19,137 nucleotides of DNA, taken from Candidatus Vampirococcus lugosii (GTDB lineage Bacteria; Patescibacteriota; Gracilibacteria; Absconditabacterales; Absconditicoccaceae). The notes under the pieces were generated by a model that saw only the letters and a list, made by a program, of their open reading frames with translations, had not been told where the DNA came from and searched no databases. This document shows, one piece after another, positions 1 to 10,816 of this stretch; the first letter of the stretch is position 1, and each line of letters starts with the position of its first letter. Made by a program: the position numbers and the translations under genes. The DNA lies in the NCBI RefSeq assembly GCF_018420025.1, contig NZ_JAEDAM010000098.1:1-19137 (forward strand), given 5' to 3'.

Positions 1-357
1 ATTTTTATCTCAAACATTTATTTCAATTCTCTTTGAAAACTCTGGATTATCTAAATCACCTATAGTAACTGCATCATTATCACATTTAAGTTCTGCCCAT
101 CAATTATCATGAAACTTTATTGGTACAAATCTATCTATACTAATTCATTCTTTTTTACTTTTGTATTCTTGTGATACTCAATTTCAATCATTAATAGAAA
201 TCTTACACATTTTCCATCATTCAATTTTTATTGTAACATCTATTTCTTCTCATGGTTTCACTGTCTCACTAGATACACTTAATTCTGCAATATCTTGTCA
301 ATAAGATATTCAAGACAAAAAGAACATTCACATAAAAAGCAATCATATTTTCTTCAT
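1..357 (-). CDS. hypothetical secreted protein; only the N-terminal 119 codons are present because the gene runs off the left edge
   Basis: ATG at 357-355 on the minus strand. The table-25 frame is open to position 1, checked triplet by triplet with no TAA/TAG. The N-terminus MKKIGLLFMGMFFLSGISYG looks like a signal peptide. Several in-frame TGA codons are present. Confidence 0.6.
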
Positions 358-474
358 AATTATTATGGTAATAATATAAATAAATTTTATACTAATTTTT
401 TAAATTAATTAGTATATCTAATATTATATTATTTTTTTTTATTTTTGCAAATACTTTTTTTAATAAATATATTA

Positions 475-1031
475 CTAATCTTCTGCACCTAAATTAGAGA
501 AAAGAGTGAATTTTGTTGATTCTGTAGTTGTTTTCTTTGATTTCTATTTCGGAAAAATTTTCAATTATGTAATATATATTCAACTACTTCTAACCAGGTA
601 TACATTATATTTTTTAGCTTTATATCACATATAATCTTCTTTTCTTAATTCTAATGAAACATTCTTTGTCATTTATTATTTTTTATCACCACCAAATAAT
701 ATTTTCTCTTAGAGTTTGATTCAAATATCTTTACCATTCAATAGTAAAGTTTTCCTCTCATTTTCTTGCCTCCTTTCAGACTCATCTCTACCTCCTTTTT
801 CAAGCTTCTCAAATAACTAATTGAGTTCTCTATCCATACTGTTTTTCACTTAATTTTTACATATCTATTTTTTCTCATACATACTATAAAGCATTTAAAC
901 TTAATTTTAATGCTTCCTTTATACATATTTTTTCATAAATTTCCAATAATTCCACCTTTTTTATTTATTGTTTTTATTAGTTCTTAATTAACTTTTCAAA
1001 CTTTTTTTATCTTTTTACTGCAGAAGATTAG
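475..1031. repeat. 557-bp cassette bounded by a perfect 13-bp inverted repeat (ctaatcttctgca at 475-487, tgcagaagattag at 1019-1031)
   Basis: The two 13-mers are exact reverse complements and contain 5 G/C in a very AT-rich context. They enclose the only stretch on this side of the window without a large gene. I could not identify a target-site duplication. Confidence 0.4.
651..926 (-). CDS. small, very basic hypothetical protein (91 aa) inside the inverted-repeat cassette
   Basis: ATG at 926-924 and TAG at 653-651, with an open table-25 frame and 4 in-frame TGA. The product is MYKGSIKIKFKCFIVCMRKNRYVKIKGKTVWIENSISYLRSLKKEVEMSLKGGKKMRGKLYYGMVKIFESNSKRKYYLVVIKNNKGQRMFH, rich in K/R. The minus strand is purine-rich here, like the other coding strands. 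I recognise no family. Confidence 0.35.
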
Positions 1032-1085
1032 AAAAATTATATTATTTATACTTAAAAACAAATTTTAAAAATATTATAATAATTT

Positions 1086-1643
1086 TTATATAAGAGTATT
1101 TATATAATTTTTTATATCAATTGGAGATTTTGTTGCATCTATTGATATAAAATTATTTTGTAAACATTGATTTTTAAAGTTATTCATATAATTTAAAATT
1201 ATATTTTGTTGTTGAATAGTATTTCACATTGGGTTATTTCTATCATTTTTATTAAATCTTTTTTTTAACTCGTTTGAATTAATATTCAAAAAGAAACATT
1301 TATCAAATAATTTACTAGCCTCAAATATATTTTCAGATAATCAAAATAAATAACAATTGTTGTTTTTATTTAAAAATAATTTTAAAAATTTAATATCCCA
1401 TAAAAAATTATGATTTTTAAATCGTTTTTCATTAGCATTATTTTTAAATTTAACTATTTGATTTTTTTTATTATACCATTTTCCAACTCAAATTTCATCA
1501 GCATCATATAAATTAATATCTTTATTATTTTTTAAATTTTGGTATAAATAAGTTTTTCAAGAATATGATATTCAAGTAATTAATATAGATTTGTTAATTT
1601 TATTTTTTTTAATTAAATTTTTAGTATTTATATATATATTCAT
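1086..1643 (-). CDS. P-loop NTPase, putative small nucleotide kinase-like protein (185 aa)
   Basis: ATG at 1643-1641 and TAA at 1088-1086; the frame was checked and is free of TAA/TAG. Walker A motif ILITGISYSGKT lies near the N-terminus. The start is 27 bp downstream of the preceding minus-strand gene, which suggests an operon. Confidence 0.75.
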
Positions 1644-1669
1644 ATTTGAATTATTTTCATATTTTAAAT

Positions 1670-2305
1670 TTATTCATCACCTGATTCATCACTTGATTCT
1701 CAGTCTGATTCTTCTACTTGTTCTTTTTGAATTTTCTTTTGTCTTCTATTAAAATTTAGTTGTGTGCTAAATATTAAAGCTGTAATTGCAGGTAATATTA
1801 TAAGAATAGGTGTAAAAGTTAATAAATGATACATAAAAGAATTTTTTTCAAAAGTTTCTATAAGAGCTATCATAGTTTCAGTATTAAAAATATCTGATCA
1901 ATATATTACTACACTTAATCAAATTATTATACTTACTACTGTAAGTGGTGCAAAAATTATTCATAATAAATATTTAATTATTTTATTTTCAGAAACTCAA
2001 ATTGATATTTTTGATTTTGTAAATACTAAAATTAATGATAGTAAATATATTCATAATATTATCATCTCTTTATTATTTAATATATCGTTTATAAGTTTTT
2101 CTTGATTTTTCAAAAAACTTAATTCAAATTTTCATTGAAATATTAGATGATAAAAATCAAATCATAAATGCATTGCTAATGCAATTGAAATAAGCAAATA
2201 ATTTCATATAATAATTCTTATCATTTTATTAACTCATATAAACATAGAGAAAATCAGTAGTATTCATACCATTCATATAAAAAAAAAGTCATAATTGTCT
2301 TGCAT
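1670..2305 (-). CDS. multi-pass membrane protein with an acidic C-terminal tail (211 aa from the longest start)
   Basis: The frame is open from ATG 2305-2303 to TAA 1672-1670. Alternative in-frame ATGs lie at 2272, 2245 and 2224. Hydrophobic segments include FFFIGMVGILLIFSMFIGV, IIIGNYLLISIALAMHLGF, MIILGIYLLSLILVF, YLLGIIFAPLTVVSIIIGLSVVIYG and LLTFTPILIILPAITALIF. The C-terminus is EQVEESDGESSDESGDE. Confidence 0.7.
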
Positions 2306-2369
2306 AGTCTTGAAATAATATTATAAATATTTATATATGAGTTATATTTATACATATATATATAAAAAT

Positions 2370-3059
2370 ATGATTTTTTCAAATAAAAAAGCTTTCACTT
2401 TGATAGAATTAATTATAACAACTATAATAATATCAACATGAGTTTTATGAATTGTTAGTGTTATAGATTATGGTTTCAAAGCTATATCTATAATAAGACA
2501 AGATGTTATAGCAACTAATCTTGCTAGAGAATGAATAGAATGAGTTTTTAATATTAGAGATACTAATTGGTTTAGATGGTCTGGTAGGAGGGATCAATGT
2601 TGGCTATTGGAAGATCCTTTATGAGCAAGCTCAGACTGTCAAAGTGAAGATTGGATATGATCTTGAAATTATATTTTATCTTGAACTACTCAAAGTTGAC
2701 AATTATATAATTATTTAAGTGGTTCTTCTTCAACATTAAATCTTGATGATTGATATAATGTTTCTCAAGACGGAGAATTTGCTTTATGTTCTGAAACTTG
2801 AAAAACATGGCATCCTTGTCCTGGGCAAGATAATACTTCTCCAGAAGGAAGATTTTTCCGTATGATACAAGTAAAATGATTGTATAATAAAGAAGATGGT
2901 AGTACTTTAAATTCTTGTTCTAATTGAAATGATACTACTCCTAATGATTGTTGAGATGAGACTGCAAAAGAGCTTGTATTTTGTTCTATAGTTGAATATA
3001 CTTGAAATGGATGAGGTAAAGTTGAATTATGTAGTAGTATTACTAATTTTAAAGATTAG
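2370..3059 (+). CDS. prepilin-type N-terminal cleavage/methylation domain protein (minor pilin or pseudopilin, 229 aa)
   Basis: ATG at 2370 and TAG at 3057-3059, frame checked. The N-terminus MIFSNKKAFTLIELIITTIIISTGVLGIV carries the class III signal (KA|FTLIE with Glu at +5), as in Gram-positive Com pilins. The globular part has 8 Cys and many in-frame TGA codons. Confidence 0.85.
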
Positions 3060-3106
3060 TATTTAAATACTATATATATTTAAAATTAAAATAAAAAGTT
3101 AAAATT

Positions 3107-5302
3107 ATGGATATAATTACTTTGGAAAATTTTTTGAATTATGAACCTATATTTAATAAAGATCCTATTTTTTTATTGAATGAAATTAAAGAAAAAGCTT
3201 GAAAATATTTAAGTTCAGAAGATTTAAAATGAATAGATAAAGCATATGATTTTGGAAAAATGGCACATGAATGACAAATGAGACAATCATGAGAAATATA
3301 TTTTACTCATCCATTGAAAGCCACACTTTTTCTTATGAAAATAAGACCTTGATTAAAAAGTATTCAAGCTTGTATATTACATGATGTTATAGAAGATACT
3401 AAATATACTTATGAAGATGTAAAAAAAATATTTTGAGAAGATGTTGCAAATCTTTGTTACTGATTAGAAAAAGTTTCCAAAGTTAGATATGAATGACAGG
3501 ATAGGAATTTGGAAACATTAAAAAAAACTTTTTTGGCTATGTGAAGAGATTTGAGAGTTATATTTATAAAACTTGCTGATCGTATTCATAATATTCAAAC
3601 ATTACAGTTTCATCCAAAAGAAGAAAAAAGACTTAGAATAGCAAGAGAAACTTTAAAAATATATGTTCCTATAGCTCAAAGATTATGATTATCTGTTTTT
3701 CAAAATTATTTGGAAAATTGAGCTTTTTATATATTAAATCCTAAATGATTTACTAAAATTTTTAATCATATCAAAAAAAGACACTGAACTAATAATTCTT
3801 TTTATGTTAATGAAGGTATGAAAGAAATTGATGAACTTTTGAAAGAAAATTGAATAACAAATTTTAAAATAATGTGAAGATTAAAAAGTCCATATAGAAT
3901 ATATAAAAAGTTAAAAAAATATTCTACTGATGATCCAAATAAAATAATGGATGTATTAGCTTTTAGAATTATTGCTGATTCTCTTGCTGATTGTTATTCA
4001 ATTTTGTGATTAGTGAATAATAAGTATACTCCTTTAATCAAGAAAATTAAAGATTATATTGCATTACCAAAAGCTAATTGATATAGAAGTATTCATAGTA
4101 CTGTTATTTGAATGTTTAATTTCCCAGTAGAAATTCAAATAAGAACACAAGAAATGGATTATTTTGCTGAATTTTGAGTTGCTGCACATTTTGCATATAA
4201 AGAAAAATGATGACCAGTTTCTATATCTTTGGAACAATCAAAATGGATACAAAAATTACAAGAACTTGTAAATTCTTTTAAAGAATGAAAAGAAAATGAA
4301 AATTTTAAAAATACTTTGGAAATAGAGTTGTTAGATAAAAATATTTTTATATATACTCCATCTTGAGATGTTATAGAAATGCCTTCATGAAGTACAGTTT
4401 TAGATTTCGCTTTTAGAATACATACGGATGTTTGATTAAAATTTAGAGCTGCTTTTGTTGACGATAAAATAGTTCCTATTGATTACAAACTAAAAACATG
4501 AAATATAGTTTCTATCAAGACATATAAAAGAAAATATTCTGCATCAATTTCTTGGTCCAAATTTTTACATAATCCATCATCTAAATCAAAATTAAGTAGA
4601 TTTATAAGACAAAATGAGATTAAAGATAATATTATAAATGCAAAAGAACAATTAAATGTTATGCTTAATTTTTATTGACTCCCTTCTTTATTAGATAAAG
4701 AAAATAAAATATTAAAACAAAATTCTGAAACAAAATTAAATAATTTATTATTAAGAATTTATGATAAACAAATATCTCCTCTTAAACTTATCAAAAAATA
4801 TTACAATATAATTTCTGATAATAAAGAAAAAGAAAAAAAGGTTGTTCCTACATTTTGTAAAATGGATAAAATAATAATAGAATGATATAAAGATTTATAT
4901 TATTATAAATGTCCTGAATGCAATCCCAGTTGTCCAGATAAAATTGTAGGTAAAGCAACTAGAGATTGAGTAAAAATACATTCTATAAAATGTAAAGCAT
5001 TAAAAAATATATCTTATGACAAATTGCTTGAAGCACATTGGGATTGACAAGAATATAATAAATATTATCTAAAAATTGAATTACTTGCAAAAGATAGTCC
5101 ATGAGTTCTTATACAAGTTATTTCAATTTTTTCAGAACTTAGTATTAATATATCAAATATAAATGTTTATATGAAAAAGGATTGATATTCTTGATTTAAT
5201 ATAGAATTAGAATTTGATAATCCATCCAAGATACATTTTGTAATAAAAGAGTTGAAAAATAAAACTGAATTAGTAAAACTAGTGTCTAAAGAATTATTTT
5301 AA
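3107..5302 (+). CDS. relA: bifunctional (p)ppGpp synthetase/hydrolase, RelA/SpoT family (731 aa)
   Basis: Frame checked over all 732 codons. Hydrolase HD motifs are [18 protein letters not shown] and ILHDVIEDT. Synthetase motifs are [36 protein letters not shown] and [29 protein letters not shown]-like segment ([24 protein letters not shown]), a CPEC..C zinc-finger region and a C-terminal ACT-like segment follow. Confidence 0.95.
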
Positions 5303-5326
5303 TACTTAATTAATTATATAATAATT

Positions 5327-5842
5327 ATGGAAAATACAGAACTTATAGAAAATAATGAAGTAAATGAATCAAATGAATTTATTTGAGAAAGTTTGGAAGA
5401 AGTACAAACAAATGTTTTTGATCAATTACAAGAATATTGATTTTTGGATTGGTTTGTTACTTGATTTGTTTCTATTTTAGTTTATATTTGGGTTTGGTCC
5501 ATTTTATGGACGACTAAAGATATTTCTTCAAGAACATATAATATATTTTTACAAATATTTAGTATTGTAATAGTTGCAGTTTTAACTCCAGTTTTTTGAC
5601 TTCCTATATATTTTTTAATAAGACCTAATAGATTTAAATTTGATCAAATTTACTGGAGAGAAGCATTAGCAATTTTAGTAATAAAATGTGAATATTGTTG
5701 AGAACATAATCATAAAGACAATAAGTTTTGTGTACATTGTTGAAGTAATATTGTAACAACTTGTAAAGAATGTAAATCTATTTATCCAAAAAATAATGAA
5801 TATTGTTATAAATGTTGAGCTCCTAATTTAGAATTAGATTAA
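5327..5842 (+). CDS. membrane protein with a PLDc_N-like two-helix domain and a C-terminal double zinc ribbon (171 aa)
   Basis: ATG at 5327 and TAA at 5840-5842, frame checked. FVSILVYIWVWSILWTTKDISSR...AVLTPVFGLPIYFLIRP resembles the small PLD-nuclease N-terminal membrane domain. The C-terminus has CEYCG..H, CVHCG, CKEC and CYKCG pairs. The gene starts 24 bp after relA. Confidence 0.8.
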
Positions 5843-6369
5843 TACCTTATCTGTTTTAAAATAACAGAAAATACTATAAAAAAATTAAAATTTAAAAAAT
5901 CAAACTTTTATATTAAAATATTTTGTTTTATTTATTTTTTTCAATCAATTTGTTTTAATTAATCTTTGAGAATATTTTTGTTTTCAAATTAAAATTATTT
6001 CAATAAAAAGATTATTTAATAATTAAAAATTTTTGCAAATTAATTAATAAAAAATTAGTTATATTTCTATATTTTTATTCCTATAAGATTCAACAAAATA
6101 ATGAGTGATATAAGTTTTTCAATTATATTTACGATTACTTTTTTTAAATAAGTATATTATAATTACTTAAAACAATAAAACACAAAAAATAATATATTAC
6201 AATAAAAGACCATAATTTAAAGAAGAAACATAATAATATTCAATACTACAAAAGTACTATTTTTTACAAAGATGAGTTTAATGTATATTAATATATAAAA
6301 TGTAAATAAACATCAAGAAAAATATTTTTATATTATAATATATTTAGATAAAATATATAAAATAACAAA

Positions 6370-6400
6370 AAAAGAATCCACAATAAAGGATTCTTTTTTG
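6370..6400 (-). terminator. rho-independent terminator (bidirectional hairpin) downstream of the 6413..9139 gene
   Basis: Stem agaatcc (6373-6379) pairs with ggattct (6388-6394) and is extended by A/T pairs. T-runs flank it on both strands, and it lies 13 bp past the TAG of the minus-strand gene. Confidence 0.6.
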
Positions 6401-6412
6401 TTAAATCAAGGA

Positions 6413-9139
6413 CTATCTTCTTTGTATATTTAAATGATCCAACATAGATCTAGCTCAAGGTGGTAGATTATTCCAAATAGAAGGATTTGATTCTACCAAT
6501 AATGAAGCTCATTCATAAATATCATCATCACTTGCTCATCATCAATCAAACCAAGTTTCTATATTTGATCTTCTATTATTAATTAAATCATCAATTCATC
6601 ATCATCTAAGTATTCATTTTATTTTAAGTCTTCAATCACTAATCCAAGATTTATTTAAATTATTATTTATAAGTCTTTCTTGTTTAAAATTTTTATCTGT
6701 TAAGAATATTCATTCAACTTCTTGTAAAGAAGAATAATTGTTTAAATCAAATTTAATATTTCAATTTACGACTACAAACATTCAATTATTATTTTTTAAA
6801 TTTCAATTGATTGTTAAATTTCAACCTATTACTATTAAAGTATAAGGATTTGATGAAATATTACTTGAAATAGTAATATCATTTTTACAAAGATAAATTT
6901 CTTCTGACGGAACTTTTTTACATCAAGAAGGATTAGTTACATTTTTAACAGCTAAATTTTTATAATCTTTTACAAAATCTTTCAAAATATTTTCTATAGA
7001 TTCTGAATCAAACTTATCAGAAGAAGATATTATTGAATCAACACTTGTAGATATATTATCTCAATTAATTTTATAAAATTTTTCAAAAGTATTATCATTT
7101 GTAGATAATATTGCTCATTTTTGCATCAAATAAGGTTTAGTTACTGGAAAATTATACTCACAAATTCTATTTGATAGATTAACATTTCTCCAATTAGATC
7201 AATCACAAATTTTATAATTTTCAACTTTAATACTTACTTTATGTTCTCAATATTTTCAATCAACCATAGATTCTTTCAAAATCATAGCAATAGAACCATC
7301 AGAAATAGATTCTCATAAACTTCAAGATCTAAATCAATTTAATAAGTTTTTATTAAATTTTCAATCTCTTCAAATACAATTCTTTAACTCAGAATATATT
7401 ACTCATCAAGCATTTTCAATTTTCAATCTACATTTTGCATTATTTTTTATAGCTCACAAATTACTTGAATCACAAGTTGATCAGTATCTTTCTTCATTTT
7501 CCATTGCCCACCATATAGGAAGATATTCTCAAACTTGAATACTTGGCGGGTCTATCCATTTACATTTAGCAGGTTCTACAAAAATTTCTCTATCTGGATC
7601 TCATGGATCTCATGGATCTCATGGATCACCTGGATCTCATGGATCACCTGGATCACCTGGATCTCATGGATCACCTGGATCTCATGGATCACCAGGATCT
7701 CATGATCAAGCTACACAAACTACTAATTTTATTGCTCAATTATTTTTACATAACCATTCAATCCTTGGAAATCAACTATCTTTCCAATCACTAAAACTAG
7801 GTATATCTCAAAGATGAGTTGCTCAAGATGGACCACAAAAATCTCATTTCCAATCAGTATCAGAATCAGTATAATTTCATTCAGCTGGTCCACAATAAAC
7901 TGGTACACCTCATCAACCTGGAGGCTCATCATCACTTACTGTAATAGCTCATTGACATGCTCAAGCTGTTTCCCATCATTGACCCGCATTATTTACTTCA
8001 CATCTTGTATCATAATCTCAAGTATTACTAAATGTATAATTAAATTGTCAATTAGAATTTGTATTTACTAAACTTCAATTCACATACATTCTATATTCAT
8101 CTACATTTGTTCAAGCACATGTAAAATTTACACTTTCTCATTCCTCTACAGTTTTATTCTGAGGACTTAAACTATCACATACATAATCATCTTCATCATC
8201 ACTTACTGTAATAGCTCATTGACATGCTCAAGCTGTTTCCCATCATTGACCCGCATTATTTACTTCACATCTTGTATCATAATCTCAAGTATTACTAAAT
8301 GTATAATTAAATTGTCAATTAGAATTTGTATTTACTAAACTTCAATTCACATACATTCTATATTCATCTACATTTGTTCAAGCACATGTAAAATTTACAC
8401 TTTCTCATTCCTCTACAGTTTTATTCTGAGGACTTAAACTATCACATACATAATCTTGCAAATCAGGTATAGTACAATCAGATTGACAATTTGAATGATA
8501 TCAAGGATTATTAGAATCTGTAATTCAAGGATCACATTTTTCTCCATATTCAGATTGAAATTCACCATCTCAACAATATGAAATTCAATGAAATGCACAC
8601 TCTTTATGAGAGATAGGATTATCTAGATCAGGTGGTCAATCTAACTGAGTATAATAAGTAATATCATAATCAACTCTTATTCAAAGTTGATTAGGGTTTG
8701 CTGTTTTGGAAACTCAATCAAGAATTAAATTAGAAGAGGATTTCAATAAAGTTGTTTGTTCTCATGGGAAATACATAAAAATAGGTTCTCAAAGAGGATT
8801 ATCTTCTGGTGCTGAATAAGTATCATTTGGAAAATAATATTCAAAATTTTCTGGAAAATTCCAATATATATGAGTATTTTGAAGATTATACCAATTAACA
8901 CTATATTCTCACCATTTATGAATTAGATTTGATTGAGAATTTGAATTTTTAAAATCATCATATAAACGATATTCTCTTTTATGATAAAGATCTTTTCAAA
9001 TAAAACACTGATCACAAGCATTAGTATTTTGTCAGTTTAATAAAGGATCAGAACATTCTATTTCATCTAATAAATCAATATTTCAAAAAGAGAATGAAAA
9101 AGAAAAAAATATAACAACCAATAATATATATTTTTTCAT
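6413..9139 (-). CDS. large secreted or surface protein (908 aa): signal peptide, Cys-rich N-terminal region, two identical Ig-like modules, (Gly-Asp-Pro)x12 repeat, C-terminal GNLTI beta-helix-like module
   Basis: ATG at 9139-9137 and TAG at 6415-6413. All 909 triplets were checked with no TAA/TAG. The N-terminus MKKYILLVVIFFSFSFSFG looks like a signal peptide. The internal repeats are listed as separate features. Confidence 0.9.
7595..7702 (-). repeat. 12 tandem 9-bp units encoding (Gly-Asp-Pro)12 within the 6413..9139 CDS
   Basis: On the plus strand the units are ggatctcat or ggatcacct. On the coding strand they read TGA-GAT-CCA in 7 units and GGT-GAT-CC[A/T] in 5 units, counted directly. 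Confidence 0.95.
7926..8455 (-). repeat. tandem duplication with a 267-bp period; the two copies are identical over 263 bp and each encodes an 89-aa Ig-like module
   Basis: Positions 7926-8188 and 8193-8455 are identical base for base by direct comparison. Only the 4-bp junctions differ. The period of 267 bp equals 89 codons, so the reading frame is preserved. Confidence 0.95.
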
Positions 9140-9511
9140 ATACTTTTTATACTATATATATAAATATAAAATTTAATTAAAAATTTTAAATATCTTATAC
9201 ATAAAAAAATATAAAAATCAATATATTTTATATATTTATGCAAATAATGTTAAAATAACAACACTAAATAATACCCAAAAATAAAAAAGTATTAAAAGTA
9301 TTGTATAAACTTAATAAATGAGTATATTTTAAATTAAAATCCTTAAGATTAAATCCATAATCATTTTTTAAATTTGTTTCAGAATATACTAATATTATAT
9401 ACTTGATATAATACAAATCAGAAACTAAATTATTGACTATTTTTGAATTTTAAACATAATAACAAAAAATAGGAATTATTTAAAATATTTTCTTAAAAAA
9501 AGAATTAAGTT

Positions 9512-9539
9512 TTGACAAAAAAAAATATATTATTATAAT
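9512..9539 (+). promoter_or_regulatory. sigma70-like promoter candidate for the pilB-pilC-MBL operon
   Basis: TTGACA at 9512-9517, a 16-nt spacer, then TATAAT at 9534-9539, 47 bp upstream of the ATG at 9586. A-10-like hexamers are common by chance in DNA this AT-rich, but a full consensus -35 is not. Confidence 0.45.
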
Positions 9540-9585
9540 TAATTGTAAGTAAATTTTTTAATTCATATTTTAATAAATTAACTAT

Positions 9586-10794
9586 ATGTTTAAACAAATA
9601 GAAACTATAGATGATTTTAAAATTTTTGTTGATGATATAATAAGAGAAGCTATTGAACTAAATGCTTCAGATGTTCATATTGAACCACAAAAAGAAATTT
9701 TTCAGATAAGATATCGTATAGATTGAGAAATTTTTAAATTTTATTCAATTTCTATAGAAAATAAAGATAATTTAATAGCTAGAATAAAAATTTTGGCAAA
9801 ACTAAAAATTGACGAATCAAGAAGACCTCAAGACTGACAAATAGAATATGAATATCAAAATAATAATTGAAACATTGAAGATATAGATATGAGAATTTCT
9901 ACTTTCCCAACCATAAATTGAGAAAAAATAGTAATGAGAATACTTAAAAAAGATCCTAAATTATTAAATATAAATTCATTATGATTTATGCAATATAATC
10001 TTGACTCTATTAAAAAAACTTTACAAAATAAAGAATGATTGATATTAATATCAGGTGGAACAGGTTCTGGTAAAACAACTACACTTTATTCTATGTTAAA
10101 TAGTTATGATCCAGAAAAATTTAATATATCTACATTGGAAGATCCTGTTGAATACAAAATTGCTTGAATAAATCAATCTCAAGTAAAAAATGATATTTGA
10201 TATGATTTTTCTCAATGATTAAAAACATTGCTTAGACAAGATCCAGATATTATATTGGTATGAGAAATAAGAGATAGAGAAACTGCTAAACTTGCTATTG
10301 AAGCTTCAATGACGGGTCATTTAGTATTTGGAACTATTCACTCAAACAAATGAGTTTGAGTAATAGAAAGACTTGTTAATATGTGAATTGAACCATATTT
10401 AATAGCATCATCGTTAAAGATGGTATTATCTCAAAGATTAGTAAAAAAAGTATGTAGTAAATGTGCTCAAAACACTGAAATAAGTGATGAAGAGAAAAAA
10501 ATATTACAAACTTGACTATGATCAGTATGGAATTCTATAGAATCAAAAATTCAATTAAAAAAATGAGAAGGTTGTAAAAAATGTTTACAAACATGATATT
10601 CTTGAAGAATAGGAATACATGAAGTTACTATTATAGATAAAGATTTTAGTCGTGCTATAAATAAATGAATAAATAATGAAATATGGACAGAGCTTTGTAA
10701 GAAAAAATGATATTTAAGTTTATATCAGGATGCATTAATAAAATCTGCATATTGATTTATAAGTTTAGCTAATTCTGCACAATATAACAATTAA
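9586..10794 (+). CDS. pilB: type IV pilus / Com-type assembly ATPase, GspE/PilB/ComGA family (402 aa, short form without a long N-terminal domain)
   Basis: Frame checked. Walker A is [16 protein letters not shown]. The Asp box is [10 protein letters not shown], Walker B is DPDIILVGEIRD, and the His box is [13 protein letters not shown] tetracysteine CSKC...CKKC is present. Confidence 0.95.
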
Positions 10795-10816
10795 TTTATA
10801 TATCAAAATTATTTAG

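Noticed and set aside
3057-3072. Perfect 16-bp palindrome tagtatttaaatacta overlapping the pilin stop codon (possible operator or terminator)
   Set aside because: It is almost entirely A/T, has no loop and no following T-tract. Palindromes of this kind are expected by chance at this base composition.
5850-5869. Hairpin tctgtt-N8-aacaga after the zinc-ribbon gene as an intrinsic terminator
   Set aside because: The stem is only 6 bp, and it is followed by an A-rich rather than a T-rich tract on the transcribed strand.
7603-7794. Plus-strand standard-code ORF with the striking repeat MDLMDLMDHLDLMDH
   Set aside because: It is the antisense reading of the (Gly-Asp-Pro)12 array inside the fully open 909-codon minus-strand gene. 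It exists only because the repeat has no stop codon on the opposite strand.
7729-8071. Standard-code ORFs at 7729..7935 (minus) and 7814..8071 (plus)
   Set aside because: One is out of frame with the verified table-25 gene 6413..9139 and the other is antisense to it. Both products are low-complexity with no motifs.
7595-8455. CRISPR array or diversity-generating retroelement (template/variable repeat pair)
   Set aside because: The 9-bp units have no spacers and are in frame within a CDS. The two 263-bp copies are adjacent and identical, with no adenine-specific mismatches. No reverse transcriptase or cas gene is present in the window.
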